DNA of 64,000 nucleotides from Solobacterium sp. (GTDB taxonomy: Bacteria; Bacillota_I; Bacilli_A; Erysipelotrichales; Erysipelotrichaceae). This document shows, one piece after another, positions 47,468-57,451 of this stretch (position 1 is its first letter; every line of letters begins with the position of its first letter). Made by a program: the position numbers and the translations under genes. The stretch spans positions 42,013 through 106,012 of the forward strand of contig JAFWCM010000224.1 of NCBI GenBank assembly GCA_017536885.1, written 5' to 3'. The notes beneath the pieces are model-generated. The model was not told where the DNA came from, ran no database searches, and saw nothing but the letters and a program-made list of their open reading frames with translations.

Positions 47468-48297
47468 TTGAGCCTCGCTTTGATGTAGTGGCTCTGCCGG
47501 ACGTTTTCCGGCGGCAGTTCCATATAGTTCTTCCCGTACCGCCGCGTGCAGAAATCATCATATGCCTCAAATACGGGGAACTCATGTCCCTCAAACGGAA
47601 GGGTGGTGTATTTTACAAAATCATCATGTTTCATGACCAGAGCTTCGGAGTTGTCATTCCATGTCGCAAGTCCGACATACTCGCTGGTGTCAAACGGATA
47701 GGAATTTGCCAGTTCGATCAGCTCATCCCGGTATTTCCGATAGCCTACGGCATGGGCAGCCGCGATCACCGGAATTCTCGCCACGGCTTTGAGCTTTCCT
47801 TCCTTGCCCCGGACGGTTCCGGGAATCGTGATGGCACGGCCGATATTGCGCCGGTATTCTCCGAGCTTTTTCAGATATTCGGCCTGTTCTTCCTTTGCCG
47901 GAAAGCCGTCGATCGGGAACACATCAATCCAGATCCCCTCTCCCTCGTGTTCATAGAGCTTCGATTCCGGAAGAATCTCGCTGTCGCGCCGGGCAACCTT
48001 GGCATAGGCAAAGGCAAAATCATCGTCGTGCTCGCCGCTGAGCAGATAAAGATTCTCACCGAGATCCGCGTGATCTTCATAATACAGCTTCAGAAGACGC
48101 TGATAATCCGGCCGCGGCATGGCGACGTCGATATCGTCATCCCAGGGAATAAATCCCTGATGCCGCACCGCGCCGAGCAGCGTTCCGTAATAGAGGACAT
48201 AGTGCAGATCATATTGCTTGCAGAAAGCATCGAACTTCAGGAGAATCTCCAGCTCCGCTTCCTGTACTTCTCTTAAGGTCAGTGGTTCTTTTTCCAT
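47464..48297 (-). CDS. licD: LicD-family phospho-head-group transferase
   Basis: LREVQEAELEILLKFDAFCKQYDLHYVLYYGTLLGAVRHQGFIPWDDDIDVAMPR...IWIDVFPIDG. Confidence 0.85.
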   Translation of the reverse strand: MEKEPLTLREVQEAELEILLKFDAFCKQYDLHYVLYYGTLLGAVRHQGFIPWDDDIDVAMPRPDYQRLLKLYYEDHADLGENLYLLSGEHDDDFAFAYAKVARRDSEILPESKLYEHEGEGIWIDVFPIDGFPAKEEQAEYLKKLGEYRRNIGRAITIPGTVRGKEGKLKAVARIPVIAAAHAVGYRKYRDELIELANSYPFDTSEYVGLATWNDNSEALVMKHDDFVKYTTLPFEGHEFPVFEAYDDFCTRRYGKNYMELPPENVRQSHYIKARLK

Positions 48298-48337
48298 GGG
48301 TTTACCTCACTTCCACGGATATCGTAAAAAAGATGTT

Positions 48338-49435
48338 TCAAAGCGTCAAGGCTCGAAACACCTCTTTGTATACCCCGCATACTTCTTCCAGGGAAAACCG
48401 GGAGAGATCCTGCGCTTTTGCGTTAGCCGCAAACTGTGAATCCTCCAGCACCTGTTTCATCGCACCGGCAAAGCGCTTTGCCTCATACGGGTCTTCGAGA
48501 AGCCCGGTGATTCCCGGCTCTACGACATCATATGCCCCGTCCGCATACTTCGAAGCGACAATCGGAATCCCTTTGACCGCCGCTTCCAGCAGGACAAGGC
48601 CAAAGCAGTCTTCTCTGGTCGGAAGCACAAACAGAGAGGCTTCCGCATATTCTCTTTCCAGCTTTTCCCCCTCCAGATACCCGGAGAATTGGATGCGGTC
48701 ATGGATGCCGCACTGGCCGGCCAGTGCCTTCAGGGCAATGAGCTCCTCTTCACTTCCGGTCCCTGCGATATGAAGAGACCAGGAAGCGGGAAGATGTCTC
48801 AGGCTGCGAATCAGAAGATCGAGGCCCTTTCGCTCTGCCATACTTCCGACATAGAGAATTCTTCCCGGAACGGGATCTTCCGGAATGTGTTTCATCTTCG
48901 AAAGATCAAAGGTCAGATAAGCAATTTTTATTTTCTCTTCGGGACACTTCCAGTACAGCAGCTTTTCCTTTGCCCTGGTTGACGCGGCAAGGCAGAAATC
49001 CGCCGAAGAGATGATGAGTTTCCGGGAAAGAAGCTGAATGGGGTTCAGGTTCCGCTCGCTGTGCAGAGTGCCTTCGGTAATATGCACATAGCGTCGGTGA
49101 TGCCTTCTGCACCAGGCAAGCGACTGCAGGGCACTGGGGTTGTATTCCTTGGCCGCAACGATCGCGGGATCAATGGCATCGAGCAGTGTTCCGATCGATC
49201 CCGGGAAATGAATATAACGCTCATCATACCTGGTTTTTAAACGCAGCACTCTCGACTTCAGCACTTCCGCATGGTTCAGCCCTTCCGTATCTGCCTTCCA
49301 GCTTCGGTTTCCTTCCCCGATGCTGGTGAAGATGAAATGAAACTCATATTCGGGAAGATTCTTCTGCAGTGCGCGGAACAGGTCCACGCAATACGGAGAA
49401 GGAATATTGTTAAGCATGACAATCCGGTTATTCAT
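48338..49435 (-). CDS. GT4 glycosyltransferase
   Basis: FVLPTREDCFGLVLLEAAVKGIPIVASKYADGAYDVVEPGITGLL. The ATG at 49435 is preceded by a GAGGAGAA RBS. Confidence 0.8.
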   Translation of the reverse strand: MNNRIVMLNNIPSPYCVDLFRALQKNLPEYEFHFIFTSIGEGNRSWKADTEGLNHAEVLKSRVLRLKTRYDERYIHFPGSIGTLLDAIDPAIVAAKEYNPSALQSLAWCRRHHRRYVHITEGTLHSERNLNPIQLLSRKLIISSADFCLAASTRAKEKLLYWKCPEEKIKIAYLTFDLSKMKHIPEDPVPGRILYVGSMAERKGLDLLIRSLRHLPASWSLHIAGTGSEEELIALKALAGQCGIHDRIQFSGYLEGEKLEREYAEASLFVLPTREDCFGLVLLEAAVKGIPIVASKYADGAYDVVEPGITGLLEDPYEAKRFAGAMKQVLEDSQFAANAKAQDLSRFSLEEVCGVYKEVFRALTL

Positions 49436-50606
49436 GAGCGTTCTCCTCAATCAGTTTCCGGTAAATCCCGAGAAGGATTTCATAGTTTTTTGCGCGTGAG
49501 TATTTCGTTTCATATTCGTGTCTTACCGCATCATTGATGTTCAGCGGTTTCTTCAGAGCATGCATGCAGGAATCAGTATCATCCGGGTCATAATGGTATC
49601 CGGACCGCCCCTCTTCGATGATATCCCCGGCATTTCCGAGCCGCGGCACAATGCACGGGGTGCCGAGCGACATCGCTTCAATCAGACTCATCGGAAACCC
49701 TTCATACCACCGGGTCGGCAGGATCAGCGCCAGGGAATGCGCCATTTCCTCCATGATTACCTCATGGTCTGCCTGTCCCATCAGCTTTACATGGACCAGA
49801 TTCTCTTCTTCGATCTTCCTTCGGCACTCCTCTTCCAGACTTCCCGTCCCATAGATCACAAACAGAAGACCGCTGTCCTTCATTCTTCGGGCGACTTCGA
49901 GCAGGAAGCGGATTCCCTTGGATTCCTCGAGCCGTCCGGCAAAGAGGATCTGCGGCTTCCGCTCTTCGTATGGAATGCATGCATGCGTTTCCTCCGTGAA
50001 GTTGGGCTTGATATCGATCTGGCGCAGGGCGATCTGTCCTTCTCTTACCAGCATCCGCCGGTTGAACTCCGTCAGAGCGATGAAATGCATCCGGCGGTAG
50101 ATATTGCGCATGCGCTGGGCGAGAAGAGAAAGCACGATCACCAGGGTCTCGGCCCGGCTGCTTCGATAGCACCGGTGCTTTACAGCACACTGCAGGCCGA
50201 GTTTCAGGCAGTCCTCACAGATCTTCCCGTCCCGGTAACAGAGGCCGTTGGGACAGACAAGACGAAAGTTGTGAATCGTCTGGACCACCGGAACATGTTC
50301 TTTCCTTGCGGCATCGCAGACCGAAGAGGAGATCAGAAGCAGCGTGTTGTGAACATGGACGATATCGATCTTTTGTTCTCTGATCAGCTTCCGCACCTCC
50401 CGTTCGGTTTTTGCGGAATAGATCGTATCGAACGGAACCCGCAGCTTCTCTGCTTTGTTCATGGAATGCAGTTCGGAATTATTTCTTTCATAGCGGAAGA
50501 CGGTATGACCGTTTTCTTCCAGAAGCCTGGCTTCGTTTTCAAACACGGTGTCTTCCCCGCCCGGAATCTGATAGCGGTTATGGACCAGCAGGATCCGATA
50601 GCTCAT
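49428..50606 (-). CDS. GT4 glycosyltransferase with a Cys-rich insert
   Basis: MSYRILLVHNRYQIPGGEDTV...HNFRLVCPNGLCYRDGKICEDC...LILPTRWYEGFPMSLIEAMSLGTPCIVPRLGN. Confidence 0.8.
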   Translation of the reverse strand: MSYRILLVHNRYQIPGGEDTVFENEARLLEENGHTVFRYERNNSELHSMNKAEKLRVPFDTIYSAKTEREVRKLIREQKIDIVHVHNTLLLISSSVCDAARKEHVPVVQTIHNFRLVCPNGLCYRDGKICEDCLKLGLQCAVKHRCYRSSRAETLVIVLSLLAQRMRNIYRRMHFIALTEFNRRMLVREGQIALRQIDIKPNFTEETHACIPYEERKPQILFAGRLEESKGIRFLLEVARRMKDSGLLFVIYGTGSLEEECRRKIEEENLVHVKLMGQADHEVIMEEMAHSLALILPTRWYEGFPMSLIEAMSLGTPCIVPRLGNAGDIIEEGRSGYHYDPDDTDSCMHALKKPLNINDAVRHEYETKYSRAKNYEILLGIYRKLIEENAHE

Positions 50607-51982
50607 TTCGCACCTCTGCTTTCGTTGACGGCCCGGATCGTCTTGAACAGAATGGTCATATCCATCCAGATCGACCAGTTCCTCACATAGTAGTCGTCAA
50701 ACCGAAGCCGCTGGGGAAACGGCGCTTCACTGCGGCCGTGCGTCTGCCACATGCCGGTGATGCCGGGCTTGCACTGAATGATCACATCGTAGTATTTTCC
50801 CATATCGGCACGTTCTCTCGGAAGATAGGGCCGCGGGCCGACGAGAGACATCTGCCCGATCAGAACATTGAGCAGCTGCGGCAGTTCATCCACGGAGGAA
50901 CGCCGCATCTTCTCCCCGATCTTCGTGACCCGGGGGTCATTTTCAAGCTTCTTGTTGGTCTCGTATTCTTCCCGGATTTCCGCGCTTTCCGCCATCATCT
51001 TTTCCAGCACGTTTTCGGCATCGGGAACCATGGAACGGAATTTATAGAGCCTGAACAGCTTCCCGTTCTTTCCGATTCTCTCCTGGGCGAAGAAGATGTT
51101 TTCCCGGTCCCCGCTGCTGAGGAAGCGCGCTTTGATATAGATGCTTAAGGGAATCAGGATCACGACACCGAGAAATCCGCAGACGATATCTGCCAGCCGC
51201 TTGATGATCATGCCGAAGACATCCTGGCTCATAAGACCGGTCGAAGAGGATATGAGAATCAGGCCGTCATAATCTTCCACAACCGACTGATGCGTCACGA
51301 TGCCGTTCACTTTTGGCATCGTCTTGATCACACTGATCCGGGAGCTCAGATACTCATACAGGATCTGGGTCTGTTCCAGCGAGGCATCCGGAATCGAAAT
51401 GACCGCTTCGTCCACGGCATGGGTGTTGAGATATTCGTCGAGATCATCATAGGGAATGATCTCCTCACAGAACGGCTCGACCGTCTGGATGATGCCGGGA
51501 AGCTTGTATGAATTATTGCAGTCAACGATGCCGATGATGCGCGAGAGGGCAAAGCGGTTGGTCTGATAGACGTATTCCAGATCATACGCCTCACTGCCGG
51601 TTCCGATGATCAGAACATTCTGCGCCAGCCATTTGCGGAACCACACCCGGTAGCTGCGGTTGACGGCAAGGGCAATAAAACTCATCAGGGCGGAAGTGAA
51701 CAGATTCCATAACATGTACTGAATCGTCCACATGCGCAGGGAGTTCATGACATTGGTGGCGAGAAAAAAGGTCACGTTGCTCAGGATGATTTTCTTTGCC
51801 TCATCAAAGATGAGGTTCGTATTGCAGGAAAATCTTCCGAAGATCGTCCCCAGCATGAAGTACATGAAGGAATAGCGGAGAAAGGAGACCGTCTCGATCA
51901 ATACCGACCAGTTGTGCAGAAGAAAAAGAAAAGCCATTTCGGTCAGGATTAACAGAATTGCCAGAACTCTTCTCTTCTTCAT
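50603..51982 (-). CDS. Polyprenyl-phosphate phosphoglycosyl transferase (large PGT), no. 2
   Basis: KRLADIVCGFLGVVILIPLSIYIKARFLSSGD..IFFAQERIGKNGKLFRLYKFRSM..DPRVTKIGEKMRRSSVDELPQLLNVLIGQMSLVGPRP..KPGITGMWQ. Confidence 0.9.
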   Translation of the reverse strand: MKKRRVLAILLILTEMAFLFLLHNWSVLIETVSFLRYSFMYFMLGTIFGRFSCNTNLIFDEAKKIILSNVTFFLATNVMNSLRMWTIQYMLWNLFTSALMSFIALAVNRSYRVWFRKWLAQNVLIIGTGSEAYDLEYVYQTNRFALSRIIGIVDCNNSYKLPGIIQTVEPFCEEIIPYDDLDEYLNTHAVDEAVISIPDASLEQTQILYEYLSSRISVIKTMPKVNGIVTHQSVVEDYDGLILISSSTGLMSQDVFGMIIKRLADIVCGFLGVVILIPLSIYIKARFLSSGDRENIFFAQERIGKNGKLFRLYKFRSMVPDAENVLEKMMAESAEIREEYETNKKLENDPRVTKIGEKMRRSSVDELPQLLNVLIGQMSLVGPRPYLPRERADMGKYYDVIIQCKPGITGMWQTHGRSEAPFPQRLRFDDYYVRNWSIWMDMTILFKTIRAVNESRGAK

Positions 51983-51985
51983 GGT

Positions 51986-52843
51986 TCAGTCTCCGAAGGA
52001 TTCATCCGTTTTCTTCAGTATCCGGAGTTCGTTGTCTCCGATCAGTGAGGCGATATAGGAGAATGTGCTTCCGTAGCTGCCCAGAATCATGCGGCATTTC
52101 GAAAGCGTGATCATCTCCGCAAAAGCATCTTCTATCCCGGAAGGATCGTCCCGGCGCAGGCTTCTGACCTGTCCGGTGATATAGTCGATCCCCGCCTGGC
52201 TCAGTTCCCTGCGCACATTGAGATCATCCGTCGCAAGATAAAATACCGTTTCCGGATCTTCTTCCTTCCTGCGTTTCATCTCATCGATAAACAGGGACAG
52301 CGGTGACTGCTGTATCGATCGCTGATTGTCCGTGCGGCGGATATGGACCCCCACGGTTTTTCGGCCGTCATGGCCGCCGAGATTTTCTTCCGCGTGTTCC
52401 AGGATCTTCGGGCTGATCTTCAGCCGGGAGGAAGCCTTTCGGATCACCTCTTCATCCGCAAAGGCGGAATAGCTCCTCAGAAACAGGCGCGGCTGTTCCA
52501 TGAGCCGCCGGATTCCTTCCATTCCCTCTGTATGATACACCTCCAGCAGAGGATCGTTATCCAGCGCGTACGCGGTGCGGTAAAGATAAAACTCGTACGC
52601 CTTCAGTTTCAGAATCGCCAGTGCTTCCGCCGGCTTTCTCAGCGTCATCTCCCGCATCCGCACGATTTCGGTATCGGCGCAGTCCAGGCTGAAAAGATCT
52701 TCCATTTCCGCATTGCATGCGGTCTCCTGTTTCCATAAGACAACCATCCTGTTACCGGATAACTCATGCCAGTAAACAGCGGAGAGAAGCGCCAGAAGAC
52801 GATTGCCGAGTCCCGCACAGGGATAGATCCAGAATTTGTTCAT
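51986..52843 (-). CDS. Distant GT11/fucosyltransferase-superfamily-like protein
   Basis: PCAGLGNRLLALLSA (compare GGLGNQMFQY) and VGVHIRRTDN (compare HIRRGDY); 285 aa. Weak similarity judged by eye. Confidence 0.4.
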   Translation of the reverse strand: MNKFWIYPCAGLGNRLLALLSAVYWHELSGNRMVVLWKQETACNAEMEDLFSLDCADTEIVRMREMTLRKPAEALAILKLKAYEFYLYRTAYALDNDPLLEVYHTEGMEGIRRLMEQPRLFLRSYSAFADEEVIRKASSRLKISPKILEHAEENLGGHDGRKTVGVHIRRTDNQRSIQQSPLSLFIDEMKRRKEEDPETVFYLATDDLNVRRELSQAGIDYITGQVRSLRRDDPSGIEDAFAEMITLSKCRMILGSYGSTFSYIASLIGDNELRILKKTDESFGD

Positions 52844-52908
52844 AACGATACCATTTTATCTCAATCCTGAGCGTTTCGTCCCAGAGGAAAGTGACTGTGA
52901 AACAACTT

Positions 52909-53754
52909 TTATCCGTTTTGATCTTCCGCTTTGATCCTTACCCAGTCCGAAGGATAAAAGGCATCGTTCCAGACGCGGTAGAGCGGACAGACGGTAATTC
53001 CCGAAAGACTGCCGAAGCCTGCCCACCAGGAATAGGAGCTGTTGGCGATGATATGGTGATCGCAGCTCTTCATCAGATAAAAATCCTCACATGACTGTTC
53101 CTCTGAAGGATTCTCGATCATCCGGAGATCTTCCCCATTTCCAAACTGTTCTTTTACATAGGAGATATCATCGGAAAACACGTAAAACACCGGGTGATCC
53201 AGCTGAGAGCAGAGATAAGACATCGCTTCCCGGTAATAGGACAGCGGCAGATCCGCCTTTCCGACATAATCCCCGCGGCGAAGATGCACGGACACGCTGT
53301 TCGCTGTGTCTTTGATCTCTTTAAGCATGTTTTCTGCATAGGAAGACATCGCAAAGGAGGGCTTAAGCATTTCTGAGAGTTCCTTCCGGCAGGATTCAAA
53401 ATAGCGGTAATTCTGCCAGTATCCGTTGAGATAGACGGAGCTTCCGTAAGCGAAGATGCTTTCGTCATAGCCATAGGGCTCTTTTTCCCGCAGTTCCCTG
53501 AGTCCGGAAAACTTCGCCTTCCGCATCCAGGCCCGCACCAGCACCTTCAGCGGTTTGGTGGGGATACCACTGACCCCCACCGCCTCGTCACAGCGAAGCT
53601 GAAAGCGGTCCAGTTCATAGCGGCGCAGCGGATTGGTATCGAGGATCGAGTGATCGAGGACCAGACTTCCCCCGTTTCTTTTGCGGACACTGAAGGCACA
53701 GGCATACTGAAACAGCTGATTGCCCAGTCCGTCACTGATTTTTACTGCTGTCAT
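52909..53754 (-). CDS. GT11 alpha-1,2-fucosyltransferase
   Basis: KISDGLGNQLFQYACAF, VSVHLRRGDYV and ANSSYSWWAGF are the three classic GT11 motifs. Confidence 0.85.
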   Translation of the reverse strand: MTAVKISDGLGNQLFQYACAFSVRKRNGGSLVLDHSILDTNPLRRYELDRFQLRCDEAVGVSGIPTKPLKVLVRAWMRKAKFSGLRELREKEPYGYDESIFAYGSSVYLNGYWQNYRYFESCRKELSEMLKPSFAMSSYAENMLKEIKDTANSVSVHLRRGDYVGKADLPLSYYREAMSYLCSQLDHPVFYVFSDDISYVKEQFGNGEDLRMIENPSEEQSCEDFYLMKSCDHHIIANSSYSWWAGFGSLSGITVCPLYRVWNDAFYPSDWVRIKAEDQNG

Positions 53755-53773
53755 CTGTTCTCCTTTCCACCCT

Positions 53774-55330
53774 TCACGAAGTTTCCTTCCGTTTTATGAA
53801 TTTTGCCGCGATGCCCTCAAGCCGGGTCCGGATCGAGAGAAACCGCGGATCATTGCGATGAATCAGATAGAGCAGAAGATTCGGCACGATCACACAGATC
53901 ACCATGCGGCATGCAAGGTTTCCGACCGGTCCGAACGAAAACCGCGTACAGAGAAACATCGTGATCAGAAAGATGAGAATTCCCTCCGCCCAGAAGAGAA
54001 GATCCTTTTTGAAGTATCCCAGAGAGGAGGTCTCAAACCCATACCGGAAGGTCACAAAGGGAAGATACCAGCGGGTGGTGAGAATCAATGAGAGAAAGGT
54101 CGCAAAGAGCACGCCGCTGACGCCCCAGATGCGTCCCAGCATCACCGAGGCAAGTACGTTGATGATTCCGGTCGCAAGTCTTACATACTTGCCATAGCGG
54201 AATAATCCCATCGTATCCTTGAAGACATCGAGCAGCCGCCCTTCTTCGGTGGTATAGAGATTCAGTCCGGTAATGACGGCGACGGAAAACGGCATCACAT
54301 ACTTTGCGCCGAAAAACAGGCTGATCGCATCCTGCACCAGCAGGATAAAACAGCAGGCGCACCAGAAATAGAACCAGAAATAGAAGAAATGGATTTCATA
54401 GAACAGCGTAAGCCGGCGCTCTTTGCTTTCCACCGCATTGACATTGCCGAGGCTCGACATGATCGCATCATCGATCTTGGACGTCAGGGAAATCAGCGTC
54501 GACAAAAGCATGCTGTAATTGGAGTTGAGACCGGTGGAGACCAGCCCCCCGAGCATCGTGATGATGATGTTGTCGGTCTGGGTGATCAGCTTGCCGGAGA
54601 TTGAAGTGATAAACAGATCCTTGGTATTCCGGAACAGCCTCTTTTTCTGCTCTGGCTGAATCGGGGCAATCTCCTTTTCAAGAAGAAACGGAAACATCTC
54701 CACGGCTTTCCGTGAGCTCAGGTAATAATACAGAAACGTGCAGAACACCTGAATCAGAAGATAGGTAACGAAGTTCTTCGTGACAAGGAGCACGATGCAC
54801 TGGGAAACATTCTGGAAAATCGTCACGGCGGTATGGCAGAGCGTCAGAACATAGTTCTGCTGGGCTGCTTCGATGATCGTGGTCCGGTAAGAGAAGAAAT
54901 AGGAGATCACGGTATTGAGAAGATACAGGGAATAGAGAAGATACACGCTCTCCTTAATACCCGAATCAAGCGTCACCAGCCGGCTGACAAACGGCATCAG
55001 AAGAAGGCCCGCCCCGGCGATGATCAGACCGATCATAACATAGGCCCGCTTGTAGAAAGCCATCAGGCTCTTCGCATTTTCTTTGTCTTCATAGGCAAGG
55101 GCATGATAGAGCTCATATTTGATCGCGGAGCTGATGCCGAGTTCCGAAAGAGAAAGGATCGAGAGGATGTTTGCGAACAGACCGTTCACGCCGAGATACG
55201 CTTCGGTCAGAACGCGCACGAAAATCATCCTGCAAATAAAACTGCTCAGGATCTGGATCATCTGTGCCGCCATTCCCACAGCGGTATTTCTCACCGTGTT
55301 TCCGGTTCTGTTTTTGAGATTGATTTCCAT
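53774..55330 (-). CDS. wzx: Wzx-type flippase (MOP superfamily), no. 2
   Basis: MEINLKNRTGNTVRNTAVGMAAQMIQILSSFICRMIFVRVLTEAYLGVNGLFANILSILSLSELGISSAI, about 12-14 TM segments. The track N-terminal extension was rejected. Confidence 0.8.
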   Translation of the reverse strand: MEINLKNRTGNTVRNTAVGMAAQMIQILSSFICRMIFVRVLTEAYLGVNGLFANILSILSLSELGISSAIKYELYHALAYEDKENAKSLMAFYKRAYVMIGLIIAGAGLLLMPFVSRLVTLDSGIKESVYLLYSLYLLNTVISYFFSYRTTIIEAAQQNYVLTLCHTAVTIFQNVSQCIVLLVTKNFVTYLLIQVFCTFLYYYLSSRKAVEMFPFLLEKEIAPIQPEQKKRLFRNTKDLFITSISGKLITQTDNIIITMLGGLVSTGLNSNYSMLLSTLISLTSKIDDAIMSSLGNVNAVESKERRLTLFYEIHFFYFWFYFWCACCFILLVQDAISLFFGAKYVMPFSVAVITGLNLYTTEEGRLLDVFKDTMGLFRYGKYVRLATGIINVLASVMLGRIWGVSGVLFATFLSLILTTRWYLPFVTFRYGFETSSLGYFKKDLLFWAEGILIFLITMFLCTRFSFGPVGNLACRMVICVIVPNLLLYLIHRNDPRFLSIRTRLEGIAAKFIKRKETS

Positions 55331-55349
55331 TTCTGCCTCAAAGTACGCT

Positions 55350-56513
55350 TCAGTGCCTTTTTCGGGAAGCCAGGATTCTGTCTTTCTGGGTGATGATTTC
55401 CGCTCTTCGGCAAAGCCCTTCTTCAAACGGGCTGGGTCTGCCTGAGGCAAGCGCTTCCGCTAACCGCAGAAACCGCCGGGCACCGACTTCTCCGTTCCAT
55501 GTCTTCTTCAGGGATGCCGCGGCAAGCTGTCCCATCTTCCGGGTCTTTTCAGGGGAGCCGGCCAGTTCTTCGATCCGCTCCCTCAGTGCCTCGGTATTCC
55601 CGTATTCATACAGCATTCCGGTGCGGAAGGGATCGATCAGCTTGTTGGATCCTACCGCCGTGCTCACCACCGGGGCCGCTTCAAAATTCATCGCAAGATT
55701 CAGGGTGTTGCCCCACCCTTCATGATAATCGCTGCTCATCACATAGATGTCCGCGTTCTTCAGGACTTCATGAAGATCTTCCCGGCATACGGGCACAGTG
55801 ATGCGGATCGGAAGATGCGATTGTTCGATATCCCTGCGGATCCCCTCCAGAAGTTCTCCATGTCCCGCCATCACAAACTCCAGGGAGTGTTTCATTGGGT
55901 CGGGAAGAGTTCTCACAAGATCAGGAAACACCTCCGGATGGGCCGAGGGAATAAAATCGTTCGCCCAGAGCACGCACGGCTTTTCATGGACCGGCTTAAA
56001 ATCAAAGGGAAGAAGTTCCGGAAACTCCCCGAATTCAAACATCCTTCCCTCATACGACCCGGTCAGTGAAAAATCCTGCGCCGTATAGGTTCCGATGCAC
56101 ATCAGATACACGGGTTTGTGTTTCAGGGCAACCGTATGTTTCAGATAATAGGATGCCTTCATCTTCAGCGGAATATGACGGAGATCACCGTTCCGGTAAA
56201 TGTGCTGGGAAAAGCGGAATACCGGTTTGCCGGATCGTACGGCAAGATCAAAATACTCCCCCGGGCAGTGCGCATAGATCAGCGCATCGCTCGTTTCGGC
56301 AAGAGAGGCGGCCGCCTTCAGCGGGCCGGCGGTTTCATACAGCCTTACAACATACGGTTCTTCATTGGTATCGGGATAGCCGAACGCAAGCAGATCCTTT
56401 GAAAACGGTTCGGTTGCGGCAAGCGTAAAATTCCCTTCCGTCTCTTGCGCAAGGGTCCGGGCAAACGGCAGGATCTGCGGATCCGCATAATTGACAAACA
56501 TCGTGATTTTCAT
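55350..56513 (-). CDS. GT-B fold glycosyltransferase (GT4-like)
   Basis: IYVMSSDYHEGWGNTLNLAMNFEAAPVVSTAVGSNKLIDPFRTGMLY. Confidence 0.6.
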   Translation of the reverse strand: MKITMFVNYADPQILPFARTLAQETEGNFTLAATEPFSKDLLAFGYPDTNEEPYVVRLYETAGPLKAAASLAETSDALIYAHCPGEYFDLAVRSGKPVFRFSQHIYRNGDLRHIPLKMKASYYLKHTVALKHKPVYLMCIGTYTAQDFSLTGSYEGRMFEFGEFPELLPFDFKPVHEKPCVLWANDFIPSAHPEVFPDLVRTLPDPMKHSLEFVMAGHGELLEGIRRDIEQSHLPIRITVPVCREDLHEVLKNADIYVMSSDYHEGWGNTLNLAMNFEAAPVVSTAVGSNKLIDPFRTGMLYEYGNTEALRERIEELAGSPEKTRKMGQLAAASLKKTWNGEVGARRFLRLAEALASGRPSPFEEGLCRRAEIITQKDRILASRKRH

Positions 56514-57436
56514 GAGGACAGATTCAGCACTTTCTTCAGTTTTCTGACACCGCGCTTATAGAGATTCGGATATTCCGCATTCAGAAAGCCGCGGTTGATG
56601 CGGGCGTTGGGCTGTAAATTGGGAACGAGCGTGTAGTCCTGTGCCTCCAGGTTTTCGAAGGTCTCGTTGCCGGTCACCACGCAATGGGTGCCGCTGCCGT
56701 CAAAGCCGATGTTGTAGACAAACGTCCGCTTCGGATAGACGGTATACCTGTCGGTTTTCGCCATGGAATACTGAAGCCGCAGATCCCAGGCGCTGCTCTT
56801 TCCGTTCATTTCATTTTCAAGCATCTTGTAGAGATCGCCGCCGCCTCTGGCAAAGCGGAGTCTTTGAAACGGATTCTTCCGGAAGGATTCATAATCCGAA
56901 ACCTGCCAGTCGATGAGGTCCCAGCGATCCTTCCACATCCCCCATCCCCAGCTGCACGCCCTCCGCGTGAGATAAAAATCAAAGGGGTAATCCGAGAGTT
57001 CGGGGAACTGCCTGGTATGTCCGGCCAGTGACCAGATCCGATTGTCTTTTTCATAGAGGTTCAGACCTTCGTTCATGTACTTCAGAAAATTCTTCCGCGT
57101 GAGAAGGTCGTCTTCGACCACGATCACCTTTCCGTACCGGTCCATCACGCTCGAAACACCGCCGATGATCGAATCACGGCAGCCGATATTGCGGTCCGCT
57201 TCCCGGATCGTCACGCTGCGGAAATTCGACCGGTCCGCAAATGCATGGATCAGTTCTCTGACCTCTTTCACGGATTCCTCTGCCTCGGGTTTTGCGGCGG
57301 CGTCCGCAAAGAGAAAGAGATCCGTAGCTTCGGCACCGATGTTGTCATTCAATGCCGAAAGCACCTGTTCCGTATGAACAGGCCGATTGTATACAAATAC
57401 TGCCAGCGGGGCATTTTCCTTCATGGCTGACTTCAC
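56510..57436 (-). CDS. GT-A fold glycosyltransferase, GNT-I (GT13)-like
   Basis: PLAVFVYNRPVHTEQVLSAL...KVIVVEDDLLTRKNFLKYM...IWSLAGHT (EDD motif context). Confidence 0.55.
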   Translation of the reverse strand: MKSAMKENAPLAVFVYNRPVHTEQVLSALNDNIGAEATDLFLFADAAAKPEAEESVKEVRELIHAFADRSNFRSVTIREADRNIGCRDSIIGGVSSVMDRYGKVIVVEDDLLTRKNFLKYMNEGLNLYEKDNRIWSLAGHTRQFPELSDYPFDFYLTRRACSWGWGMWKDRWDLIDWQVSDYESFRKNPFQRLRFARGGGDLYKMLENEMNGKSSAWDLRLQYSMAKTDRYTVYPKRTFVYNIGFDGSGTHCVVTGNETFENLEAQDYTLVPNLQPNARINRGFLNAEYPNLYKRGVRKLKKVLNLSS

Positions 57437-57451
57437 TCCGTTTCTTTTTCC

